Source: Chrysomallon squamiferum (taxonomy: Eukaryota; Animalia; Mollusca). Taken from it: DNA of 64,000 nt. Shown here one piece after another: positions 22,645-39,619 of the stretch. The DNA is taken from contig CM022666.1 in the NCBI GenBank assembly GCA_012295275.1, positions 12,648,001 to 12,712,000 on the forward strand, in the 5' to 3' direction. How positions within the stretch are numbered: the stretch's first letter is position 1; each line of letters begins with the position of its first letter. A program made the translations under genes and the position numbers. The notes beneath the pieces are model-generated. The model did not search any database. It was not told where the DNA came from and worked only from the letters and a program-made list of their open reading frames with translations.

Positions 22645-24424
22645 ATCTCATCAAGGAATCTGTACTAATCTGGCAGGAACAGCAGCATCTGTAAAGGTTG
22701 TTGTTGTTATAATAATAGCAGTAGTAGTATTAGTCACTGCCATTGTTCTAGTAGTGTAGTTGTTATAGCATTAGTGTTTGTACTATTAATGATAATAATC
22801 CTTCTAATAGGTGAATGATCTTGTGATATTTTAACTTATGACGCTCTCTAGCTTTGTAATAGTTATGTATCTTGTGTGATTCATAATCAGAGACAACAAA
22901 CCAGCTGTAGAACCGTGTGCTTATTAGTAATGACCCAGCAGCAGTGAAATCGCAAACTGAAGTTGTCCATCGTCCAGCTGGCAGTCCGTACCCACAGGCA
23001 ATGACAAACAGTCAGAAAGTTTACCATCGACGGATTCTTCCCTTGACAAGCTGAACCACAGCCTGACCGAGCTGCAGGGAGAGATTTCATGACTGTCATT
23101 ACAGCAGAAAGAGATACTCAGCATGCAGTCACCACAGGGAACCCCGCCATATTTGTACCCTCTCCCAAACAGCAGTCACCTCTGGCCGGTCACCCTGTCC
23201 ACCATCAAATAGCACTGCCCTCTGGTGGACACGTTGGTCACGTAGAATCTTGAAACCCAGCAGCAGAACTGGCACAACAACAAACTCAACAGTTCTCACC
23301 AAAAGTACCCACCAGTGTCATCAGCAGACACATTCCACCAGTAGTTTAGACTCTGAGCTACTCCGATGCCTTCAAAATGCAATCTGCTGCAGTGATCACT
23401 GGAACTGGAGCTAGAGATATGTTGCAAGGAGCAACAACAACAGTAACCCACTGAAGCTCAGATAGATGCACCTTCTGAAAATGGAAACAATGGTGAAAGT
23501 TTTCACACTAGCAGTGGAGGAATCAAAGGATTCTTTGTGCCATTTGGTGATGAATGAAGCATGCCAAAATGTTCAAAACCAGTGCTCAGCAAAGACAGAG
23601 TGAAAAAGAACAGTTCATCTGCTCAAGTCAACAATTACTCTGTTTCTTCAACATCCGTCATAGTCCACTGCTTTTCATCTCTGTAGGGACCCCTACTATC
23701 AATGTGTACAAGTCTGGAAAGGCTGATGACAGTGAATCTCAATACTTCAGGAATAGGATATATTTCAGATGATTCTCCCTTTTATAAGCAACATATCTTT
23801 GCACCCTTTCTACACTGAAACATTCATAGAGATAGGATTAGAAATATGCTTACAGTTACATGCAAAGTTCACTACACAAAAATACATAACAAAATATGTA
23901 TGTTAATGTAGAAATTAAACAAGATATCCAAATCTAGATGGATATTAACAGATTGATACACAGATAGACAGACACAACTTAAATTATTCATTCTTGTAGT
24001 GGTTGTTTTTGTTTTAAAATATTTATACCACTATAAAAGTTGATGTAAATAGAATGAAACAAACAATTATACTTTCGCTCAAGCTGCAACTGTGCAACAA
24101 TTTTATAAACTCTCTTATAAAAGTACTCTACACTGAGAATTTAACTTACTTTTTAGTAGTGAGTTGGAAATTTTGTTTCTCTGTTCTTGTTACAATTTAT
24201 AATGGTTTTTCTTTCAGATGAGGGGCAGTTATTTTTTCGTTTTATTATTATTATTATTATTATTTTTATTAATTATTTTTATTATTATTACTTTATATTT
24301 ATAAATATTTCAGACCAGTGAACAGGAAATGATGTCAACAAAAAGACAGACTGGTGGAAAGACAGATGAAGAGAAAAGAAGAACAGGAAAGACGAAGACT
24401 GGAAAAAATAATAGAATTAAAGAG
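18913..24424 (+). pseudogene. CAMSAP: CAMSAP/Patronin-like unprocessed pseudogene fragment (exon remnants ~18913-18989, 19341-19425, 20206-20268, 20505-20735, 22890-23750, 24314-24424)
   Basis: CH-domain region: KGIYIME.., NAHLALNEPLMLAYASEVV*, DGCTEAVVFSFCY, ICLKDGLGISNFLYNL..FHFS*EDLLY..NFLAELF. CC2-like: SSLDKLNHSLTELQGEIS*LSLQQ. Also KGFFVPFGDE, and CC3-like EQEMM..RLVERQMKRKEEQERRRLE. Multiple stops and frameshifts; no CKK domain seen. Confidence 0.85.
21255..21430 (+). mobile_element. Degenerate tRNA-derived SINE
   Basis: A-box TGGCTCAGTGG (21265-21275) and degenerate B-box GGATCACACC (21308-21317). No cloverleaf. Followed by a body resembling molluscan SINE cores (recalled similarity). 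Confidence 0.55.
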
Positions 24425-25008
24425 GTAAATGATAAATAAAAAAAAACAGAGAGATTGTAGTTCACAGTGTCAAGTTCAGGACTAAATATTTGAAAATTTA
24501 ATTCTATTATATTGAATAATCAACGAGTAAAACTTTACCAAATTAGAAATTAAAATAGTTTGGTTATCAAGCATAGGTTTAAACTGCTTTCAAAAGCATA
24601 GCATTACATTTGAATCCATGTACGTTCAAAATATCGTGGTTTATCGAGACTAGCCTGGCCTGAAACCAAGGAGTGGTTGGTCCATTTCTATGAACCAAAT
24701 TTCGAACAAAGAGAACACATTCAACGAAAAGAAATGCTTAAAATAAAAACAGATTGTTCATTTTAATTCTTGTGTTGATTATATTAAATTAAATGAAAAC
24801 AAAGCTTTTCTTTTTTTTGTTTTAAAATTGGATATACTATTGCTGACAAATTGGTTATTCGTTCCAGTAATCTATATACAGTTTGTCACATCTGACACAG
24901 AATTCTGTGTAACTAACACTGCTGATAAAGTTGTTCTCTGAAACTTTTGAGAATGGGAGGATTCTCATGGACTGCTTCCAAGAGAATCCACATAGATTTT
25001 TACAAACA

Positions 25009-25039
<31 letters not shown>

Positions 25040-25064
25040 TACAAACATACATACATACATACAC

Positions 25065-25099
<35 letters not shown>

Positions 25100-25514
25100 T
25101 ATGCCTAATGATGTATATGTATATATATATATGCAGTATATGCCTGTTATTGATGCCTCACAAATTTTTTATACTACTACAACAATCACCTATGTTTTTG
25201 GTACCAGTCGTTTTTAATAACAAAGTAAATACAACAATAAAATAACACATCAGTGAGGTTCTTATTTTTTGTGATATTTAAAAAATGTCAGGAAAATTCA
25301 CTCCAGATTTCATTAATTTACTTCACTGTTAGCAAATTAAATATATATATATATACAAAATAGATAAATTGTTAATATCAAACGGATAGCTTTATCTGCT
25401 GAGATGCATATCCAACTGATTTAGATCAGTTTTAATAAAAACAGAAAGACACCAGATGAACAGACACTCGGTTCTGAGGAATAATTCCAGGCTGTCTTTT
25501 TTCTTGCCTTACAT

Positions 25515-25580
25515 CACTGGTTCTCAACCTTTTTTGCTCCATGCCCCACCTCAACATCTAAAAAATGTTTATGTCCCCCT
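25515..25580 (+). mobile_element. hAT/Charlie-like terminal remnant
   Basis: cactggttctcaacctttttt resembles the CAGTGGTTCTCAA TIR. The other end was not found. Confidence 0.4.
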
Positions 25581-26175
25581 TAGAGTTTTGTAAAAGTGTA
25601 ATTACTGTAATATAAAGTAGAAATCCTTTAATTAAACAAAGTGTAAACAAACTGCTCGTTAGTGTTGTCAGATACACGATAACTTGTAGACGAAGTGTAA
25701 CTGGAAGTTTGGTCGTGTTATATCAATTTCAAAATTGCACTCTTGTCTCAGATCGACACCTATATTTGATCCCCACTATTAGGGTAGTTACATTTGGCTC
25801 CCTTGCCAAGCAAACGGTGGATAAAAAAAAAAAAAAAAAAAAATAAAAAATAATAATAATAATAATTAAGTAATAATGTTAAATTCACAGTGTTAGTATA
25901 TGTTTTGAAGTGATTGTATCGTACATTTAGCGACCAAATGTTGTCAGTAAAACAGAGTAACTATTAAAAGAACAAACTTTATGTTTGCACAAATATTTTA
26001 AAGTTTTATTGATAATGTCATTTCGTATTCTTTTAAAGCTCATGAACTTATTTCTCATCAAAAGAAAACAATGAAACTATTCACCTTGAGTTTGAGGTAT
26101 TTTTGCGTTACGTTGTTATTATTATTATTATTATTATTATTTATTATTTTATTTATTATTATTATTATTACAATT

Positions 26176-26233
<58 letters not shown>

Positions 26234-26381
26234 TTAAACAAATGTCATCCTCCAATAAGTTTTAGCGAGTATAAATTTAGTAAACAGACTGAGTTGACCC
26301 TCCCTCTGCCATACATGATCCAATGAGAAACGAGCATGCTTGTATTATTTTATTCCACGTATGTAGAAGCTTAACACTATC

Positions 26382-26553
26382 GTGGTAAAGAGATACAGTC
26401 TGTGTATGATCAATATCCGGAACGAACAGTTGGTGTAATACTCGTGCCTTTTCCAAAGCAAAATGGAATTTACAAAAAATGCCTCAAGTGGATCAATTAT
26501 ATGCGGAAGGCCGTGGGAACAGCTGAATTCATCGAAAATCAACTCGGATAAGA
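26382..26553 (+). mobile_element. Degenerate THAP-like domain of an ISL2EU/Harbinger-type transposase
   Basis: Across frameshifts it reads VKR..DQYPERTVGVILVPFPK..KCLKWI..CGRPWEQLNSSKINSDK. This resembles the 'MVKRC..YPER..FPKP..KCxxWIxxCGRP..LN' THAP family. Confidence 0.65.
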
Positions 26554-26621
26554 AATATTTGATTAACATCCAATATTAGTTCAAAAGAAAAAACAAATGT
26601 GTTAAAGCATTATTTAAAAAA

Positions 26622-27270
26622 GTTATAAACGATTACATCAAGACGTATGTATGATTGAAAGTTCTATTTACAAAACATACACGTGCAGTTATAAACGATT
26701 ACATCAGTCAGCGTACGTAACTCCGCCCCCAAAAGGGGTGTAACCCGATTGTTGCTCGGTTAGTTAAGCTATGATTGAAAGTTTAACAAAAATATGAGTT
26801 ATAAAATTACATCATTAGAAAAGGGGTGTAACCCGATTGTTGCTCGGTTAGTTAAGCTATGAACGAGATGATTGAAAGTTCTATTTACAAAACATACATG
26901 CAGTTATAAACGATTACATCAGTCAGCATACGTAACTCCGCCCCCAAAAAGTTGATTGTTGCTCGGTTGTTATTATTGAAAGTTCTATTTGTTGCAGTTA
27001 TAAACGATTACATTAGTCAGCATATTTGTAACCCGATTGTTGCTCAGTTAGTTTCTTTAAAAAAGAATGGCGGAAGAATCACGTAGAAAAAAAAGGACTA
27101 AATTGTCCGATTGTTGAATTTCTGTCTGGATTTTTTAAGAGATATGGCTATATCTTTGAAAAGCCGTCAGCAGAGTTTCAAGTACTTCAGTGAAGGTTAC
27201 ATTTACAATGTTAACATATTTTGTAATGATGACAGCATCATTTTTATATCAGCTACTAGACCAAATAAGA
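26622..27270 (+). mobile_element. Transposon end amplified as ~5 ragged 65-110 bp tandem units, followed by the SWIM/YqaJ-type ORF start
   Basis: gttataaacgattacatca-like starts at 26622, 26688, 26798, 26903 and 26997, with cgtaactccgcccccaaaa / gtaacccgattgttgctcggttag. Then MAEESRRKK..NFCLDFLRDMAISLKSRQQSFKYFSEGYIY (frameshifted). Confidence 0.6.
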
Positions 27271-27516
27271 GAATGTGTTTTTTGTGTTTTGTTGTTTTAA
27301 ATACAAAATGTAATGATCCAGTGGTGAACCAAGCATTGCACACTTTGAAATGAATTTGGCTCTCATTGTATTTATAAAATAAAATTAAAACAAAGTAATG
27401 GTAACAACAAAAATACTGAGTTAACAACATAACATGGCTGATTTTTGTAGGGGAAGAAAGATCACTAAACTTATACTGAAATTCTCATTTGCACACTTCA
27501 GCTATTATTATTGTTG

Positions 27517-27578
<62 letters not shown>

Positions 27579-28199
27579 GTTATACAGCCTGCATGCATCA
27601 TAAGAGATTTTTATTTTCTTGTCATACTTTGATTGTTTTTTTTATACTTTTTTTTTATTAAATGACTAACTTTGCTCCTTCTTTATATCTTGTTATTAGA
27701 TGTTTTTTTTTTTTTCCTTTTTATATTCTGTTATAAAATGTTCACATTCCCAACTTCTTTATACCTTGTTTAGTTGTATTAAATGTATTAACTCGTACAA
27801 TTATTTGTTAATAAAATGACTTATTCCTGAAAAGCGTACTTGTGGTACGAGGTGTCAGTCAGTGATACTATACACGAAAAACTGAAACTGAATAAAATTA
27901 ACCTGCTAATCGGAGCAATGTTTATGTGATCAAGTACGTCAACGACAGGTCAGTGGGCGTGTCTGTCACAACGGAGCATCGTATCGTTCAGCTTTTTATG
28001 ACGTATACAAGGGCGGATTATCATGACAACTTCTGTAAGTCTAGCTGTGATTGGTCCTCGTACACGTATATAAACTAACTCGCACCGTGGCGTTTGCCAG
28101 AGAGCGCGGCTTTTAAAAGGCGTGTTTAAACAAACCTTAAAAAAAAAAAAAAAAAAAAATAAAGAAAAAATTTAAAAAAAAAATAATAATAATAAAAAA

Positions 28200-28731
28200 A
28201 TGGAGCTAAAAATAATGAGAACTGTAGTTTGTGTCCTGTTGTGTATCAACATACTACTAGCGACTGTTTCGATTGCTTTGAAGGTTGTTATGTATCAAAA
28301 CCGCGGATCACACACACAGACAGAGCCTATATTGTGCGAAGAAGAAGGTGAGTGCAGAAAACAAACTATTAAACGTTGTGTTAGTAACGGGGGCCTGAAC
28401 AAGGTATTCGTTTTTAAATTTTTATATTTCAATTAAGTGTAACTTCCTCTAGAGACGTTACGTTTTCCAAACTCGTCTGAAATAAATATATATGGCAGGA
28501 CATTCAATATCTGCTCTGTTCTCTTGTCTGTGTCGTTAATAAACAAGAAAGAAACGTGAGCGCCAGCCACTCATGAAAAAATTAAGCTACAAGGTATAAA
28601 AGCGTTAGTTTTTGTCGTGACAGGAGAAATAATTTTTTTTTTTTTTTTTTTTTTTTTTGTAGGAAGGGTTAGTTGCAAACGAAGAAAAATCAAACAGTAA
28701 ATATTGCATTGGAAAGAGCGACTTCATGGAG
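28200..28731 (+). pseudogene. TNF copy 2 N-terminal module A (exons 28200-28347, 28663-28731), frameshifted
   Basis: Exon 1a is 148 nt (tgcgaagaagaag|GT) versus 147 nt in copy 1 (tgcgaagagaag|GT). Splicing to 28663 gives an early TAA. Confidence 0.55.
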
Positions 28732-29036
28732 GTATTCATCGTACCTTTTTTTTCTTTTCTTTTTTCTTAAGTAGACATACCTATATTACAGTTACTAATA
28801 CTCCTAATAAACAGATAAAATTACTATTTATAATAACAAGGTTTGTAATAATGATGATACACATCATCACAAAAACAAGTAATTAATAAACATCAGAATT
28901 GTAATAATTAGACTAAAAACTGCATGCAACAACTACGCGTTTATTAAATTTTGTCCCGAATTGTGTAGCGTAGAATTATTGATGTGAAGCGTCACGTGAC
29001 TCGTTTTGTGTCCTATGTTACTATTTCTCCGCCATA

Positions 29037-33575
<4,539 letters not shown>

Positions 33576-35158
33576 ATAGTACTTTGAAAACAGGACTTAA
33601 TAGACTTTACTAATAATAATAATATAATCTACAAAGACATCCTTACAATATATACTTATATACTTATATATGTGGAAACAGATACAAGATCACAAGGGAG
33701 AGTCTTTGGTCTTGTTGTGATAAGAGTTTGGTAGAAAACAAAAACATTTGAATCTTTTTTTTGGTTTTTTTTTTATCCTGATTCTCCCTTGACTGATCTT
33801 GTATTTACATGACATCAAAAATCTGTTTCCAAACAAAACTTAGATAATGAAATCGTTTATTTTTTATTTGTAATTTTGTTTTCACCAAACGAAATAAAAT
33901 TATAAAAAAAAATTGTTGTTTGTAATCTATTATATTTAGATCCACATGATGAATTATGATGGTAAACCGTTTTGATCTCACGCAGTAGGGCCCTTAACCA
34001 TTCCCTAACAGGCCGTGGAAAGTTTTAACAGGATATTTAGATGTACTGTTTGGTGCTACTTTGGCGTGTCATTTACAACTTAAATGGCGAAGATATAGGA
34101 AATGCCAGTTTATAAGATCGTATATTCCTTTAAATTTGACAGGAAATTTTAGTTTATAGCAAACTTATTCATCTTTTAATCTCAATTCAACGATAAATTA
34201 TAAATATATAATAAAAAAAAAAAAAAAAAAAAAAAACAAGAATAAAAAAATAATAATTAAAAAAAGCGCATAGAATTTTCTCAGTGTAGACCACAGCATC
34301 ACGTTTATCACACGCCAAAGTAGCACCTACTGTTTTCTCTGTTTAAGTTAGAAAATTGGTCCTAATTTCCTTATTAAACCGCGGGTTGCAATTTAGGTTA
34401 AACCTACTTGTAGAATTCGTTAGTAGCTATTTTTTTACTTATTATAATGTCTTATACTGTTCTGCTATTAAAGTACAGTTTTTGAAAATGTAACATTTAT
34501 TATTTACATATATAGCTTACTTTAATACAGTCTAACATCTCGTAATTAACCTGTATGTATCATTAAAGTAAGTAAATATGTACCGTTAGTTAGCAGTAAT
34601 CCAATTAATGAAATCGCTTTGCAATTAACAATCATTAGCGAGAGACAAAAGTAATTTTTATCGGCTAGGCTGTGCTGATTTCATATCACAGTGGTCGACC
34701 TATATGTATAATACACTTTAGTATCTTGGTCCTCCTCCAGAACACTGCACAGCTGAATAGCTCCCTCTGAGAAAGGTTGCCGACCCCTGATACGATTACA
34801 TTGTCCTAAAATAATCATTGTGTAATCAATGCTTATGTTGTTTTTAATAACTAAAACTTTATAACAATACAAACATTTGTCGAGAATGACAAACTGAAAG
34901 AAGGAAAATAATATTTTAATATTATATGTATAATACATTTGATGTCTTGGCCGTCTTCCAGAACACCGCACAGCTGAATGGCCCCCTCTCTGCAAAAGGT
35001 TGCGGACCCCTGATATGATTACATTGCAATAAACTACCATTGTAAGATGAATGCTTATGTTGCTTTTAATAACTGAAACTTTATAACAGTACAAGCATTT
35101 CTCATGAATAAAACAATAAACAAACTGAAGGAAGGAAACAAATATTTGAAAAGATTTA

Positions 35159-35219
<61 letters not shown>

Positions 35220-35896
35220 TGTGAAAGAAAACGAAACGAGGGAAATAGAAATAATATCATAGTGGGAAAAACGCCTCGCCTGGACATGCCATCAACAAAT
35301 TAAAATAAAATATATTTAACTATAGCAACCAAAAGTTATAAATCCAAAGTCGTCAAGTTATAATCCATCCAATCTAACAATTAATTAATTAAAATACCTA
35401 AATACATTAATACATAATAATATGAGCCGGCTCCTATTAATGGGTAGGCACCGATTAAGGACATATGTAGAAAAAGATGTCTTATCCCGAGTAAATTGAT
35501 TACGGCAATAATCTTGACAACAACTAAAATACCTAAATACATTAATACGTAACGATATGAGCCGAGTGCTGTAAAATAACGCACAGACCAGCTACAACGC
35601 ACTTGGCTGACCAGCAATAAACACTTCGGAGCTCGGCTCATCTCTCTTTCGTTTTTTTGTATTTTAAACTATGTTTCTTATAAAATGCTATTTATTACAT
35701 GTCGTTGGTGCCACAGGATCACGCGCAATATGTACTTTATTGATCTAATATTACAAAACGTTAGCAACTACATGTACAGTCATAAACGCAATATGCATTG
35801 AAACAATATATACACAATTTAACTAATGCAGTTGTTTACTGTTACCTGTGTATACAGCCATTATGCTTCTACACATCTGAGATCACGAAATAGCTG

Positions 35897-35995
<99 letters not shown>

Positions 35996-36911
35996 TTCAG
36001 TATTGAGCACCAAAAAGGGAGGTTTAAAGAAAAAAACAATGAAGTTACGGTAATAACTGGTTTCCAAGTGTTTAGCTGGAGGACCGGTCTAAAATCCATC
36101 GCGTGCCGGGTGTACTCTGCAGGCCAAGGGTTTCCGACACCTGATAAATCAGCTACTGTTCAAGCTGTCGAGATTAGCGTGTCAGTTCATTTGATATCTG
36201 TGACTCAGTAAATTTTAGAGCTTATTCTCGAGGAATTCAACAAGCCCTAGGTATATATCATTACTTGTATCTGTACTGTAGTTTGAATATACCATCATAT
36301 ATATAATATATAGTTGACTAAAGAAAAAATATTGAAGATAAACCCACCCATATGTATGTTTGTTTCAAATAAATCTGTGTATGCATTGATGTGTGTGTGT
36401 GTGTTTTGCATATATATATATATATAAAATATATATATATATATATATATTTTTAATTTTCTTCACTATCATTCTACCATCAACATTTTATTTTGTTTGT
36501 CATGAAATAAATTTCAGACAGAAAGCTTTCACTTCAATGGTTGTTACTCCCTTGACACCCTGTATTTTCTCGTGTTTTTAATTACAACTTTTTTTAGAAA
36601 GAAAAATACCCAGAAAACATTAAAAATCGTTAAAGAAATACAGTTAAATCACAATATATGTACAGCTGTACGTAACACAGAATAAAAAACCAATCTTCTT
36701 GTCTTGTATAAAGAAAATGTGAATAACAGTTTTTATAACTAATTCAAAATTAAGGCTTGTCAGCTGTTGGGTGCTATAGCCAATGAGTTCTGTTTTTTTT
36801 TGTATTCAACTGTTTTGTTATCTCAGATTCCTGGACAATGAAGTTTGGTTTTATTACATTTTCTTTGTTTCGTTTTTTTTTTACGTTTTATTATTATTAT
36901 TATTATTATTA

Positions 36912-36945
<34 letters not shown>

Positions 36946-37083
36946 TCTACTTTCTGTTTCTTTACTTGTTTTATTCTCGACAAATGCCTCTATAACAACA
37001 TAAACATTCTTCATGCAAAGATTATAATGTTATTTTGGAACGTGACCAATAGCTATTTAAATGTCAAGCTGATTATTTTTCTA

Positions 37084-37872
37084 TTCTCGAGAAACGTTCA
37101 TACAAAACCTGAAAAGACCAGCAGGTGTTCGTTATCGTATTCCCGAGAAATGCATAGTATTATCTGTTTATCTGTGCGTCACTGGATTTCCCAGAAAGCA
37201 TTGTTTAATTGGGGAATTCCCCAGCTTATTGAGTCATTTGTCCTTGACCTTTAAATTAATACTGAAACTAGACTAATTCCCGAGAAATGTTACTCATATA
37301 TTTCCCAGAAATTTTAGTTGAAATGGGAGTATTAGCTGACGAAACTGATTAACACTCATACAGAAAAGAACATTTTGAGCCAGTCAGTAAATACAAAAGA
37401 CTGAAATTGGTCTTAAAGCTTATTCTCGAGGAATCGAAAGCGAAATGGAAAAACAGAACATTTATAATACATTAAAGAAATCTCAATATATTTACAGCAC
37501 TATACAATAGACAAGCCGTTCATTTTCCCTTACAAAATGAAAAAAGTGAATACCAATATTTTACATATTATAGTTTCAAAACAGATGCCTGGTAGCTGTT
37601 GAGTGCTTTAAATTATTCAGTGATTTCGATTGTTTAGAAAATGAATCTAGCAAAATAAGCGTCTGATGTCATTACACTACTGTTTTCTTTTTCATTTTCC
37701 TGGTTACGTTTTCTTTATATTGCTAATTAATTTTTTTAGTTCTGACTAAGTCTTCCGACTGTTCAATAACGTTTTTGTAACTCAACAAGAACCTACTAGT
37801 TACTGCATTCTCGAGAAGCATGTAGCATAAGCTTGAAATATTGACGATCATGTTTTACTGCATTTCTCAGAA
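37084..37872. promoter_or_regulatory. Cluster of STAT-type palindromes and an NF-kB-type palindrome (candidate enhancer)
   Basis: TTC(N3-4)GAA at 37084, 37140, 37188, 37277, 37302, 37808 and 37864. GGGGAATTCCCC at 37211-37222. Confidence 0.4.
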
Positions 37873-39021
37873 AGCGAAGTTTAAATGAAATTAGCTGTCC
37901 AGACTGGCTGTCATTTTGGTTTACTTGTAACCTATAAATAAGTAAATTTAAAACTCACACCAGACGAATCGAACAAGTGCAAAAAGGTTTATTATATCTT
38001 ATATATGCATGTATGAACGTGTGTGTGCAAGTTTAACTGAATCTCTGTGTACTTTGTTTATCGAAATAAATATGGATATATTTTTTATCAGTGCCCGTAA
38101 AGATACATATTTATCAAGTCATCATATCTTGCCACAAAGTCGACAAAGTCATTGCAAATTCTTTTGATTTGGCATCTAAAATTTATAAAGCTTATAAATC
38201 ATCAGAGGTATGTTCAGCTGCAAGTATCAACATTTCATCAACAGTGATATATGATAACATTGTACTAAAATAACCATTGTATAATGAATGCTTATGTTGC
38301 TTTTAATAACTAAAATTTTATTAAAATACAGGCATTTGTCGAGAATAAAACAAGTAAACAAACTGGAGGAAAGAATTTTTAAAAAAATATTATGTATGTA
38401 TAATACATTTGATATCTTGGCCCTCCTCCAGAACACTGCACAGCTGAATGGCTCCCTCTGAGAAAAGTTGCCGACCCCTGATACGATTACATTGTCCTAA
38501 AATAATCATTGTGTAATCAATGCTTATGTTGTTTTTTTAACTAAAACTTTAAAACAACACACACACACAGAATGACAAACTGAAACACACACAAACACAC
38601 ACACACACACTGATATATTTATATCGCTTTCAAGTCTGTCTTCAATATTGAACACCAAAAGGGATCCTGTGAAGCAAGACTGCTTTGGTCTGTGTGGTTT
38701 AAAAAAAAAACAAAGACATTAACATAAAATTTGTGTCCAAGTCTTCAGCCGGACTAAAATATTTTGCCGACACCTGATATATCAGCTACTGTTCAAGCTA
38801 TTTATTTTATTGTCGAGAACAATGTCAGTTCATTTGATATCTGACTCAGTCAGTAAATACAAAAGACTGAAATTTAAAGCTTGTGTTCCCTCCTCATTTT
38901 AAATACACCATCATATTTATAATACATAATATACTTGAGTAAAGAAAAAACAGAAAATAAACCCACCCATCTGTAAGTTTAAAATATATCTATCTGTACA
39001 TTATATATATCAATATGTGTG

Positions 39022-39060
<39 letters not shown>

Positions 39061-39359
39061 TGTCAATAAACAATCAATCTCAAATCACTTTTATCTTTAT
39101 TTGTATGTATACATATGTATATATGTGATATCTGTGTAGATATGCAAGTCATGTATTTATATGTATGTGTGTCTGACATAACATTTATACTATGGAATAT
39201 AAAACAACTTTGCACTGGTAAAATATGTAGTATTCTGGTGTAAGTGTTTGTTTCAATCTGATATGCAGATTTAAAGCATACATAAGATAGAACAATTTAA
39301 TTAACAATGCATAATGGTTGCTTATGCTGCTTTTTATAACCACACACACCGATCTCTCT

Positions 39360-39619
<260 letters not shown>

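Noticed and set aside
22887-23772. Short ORFs 22887-23124 (-) and 23554-23772 (+) as independent genes
   Set aside because: They overlap the decayed large CAMSAP exon.
26622-27060. CRISPR-like repeat array
   Set aside because: The units are degenerate tandem copies without unique spacers, the context is eukaryotic, and there are no cas genes.
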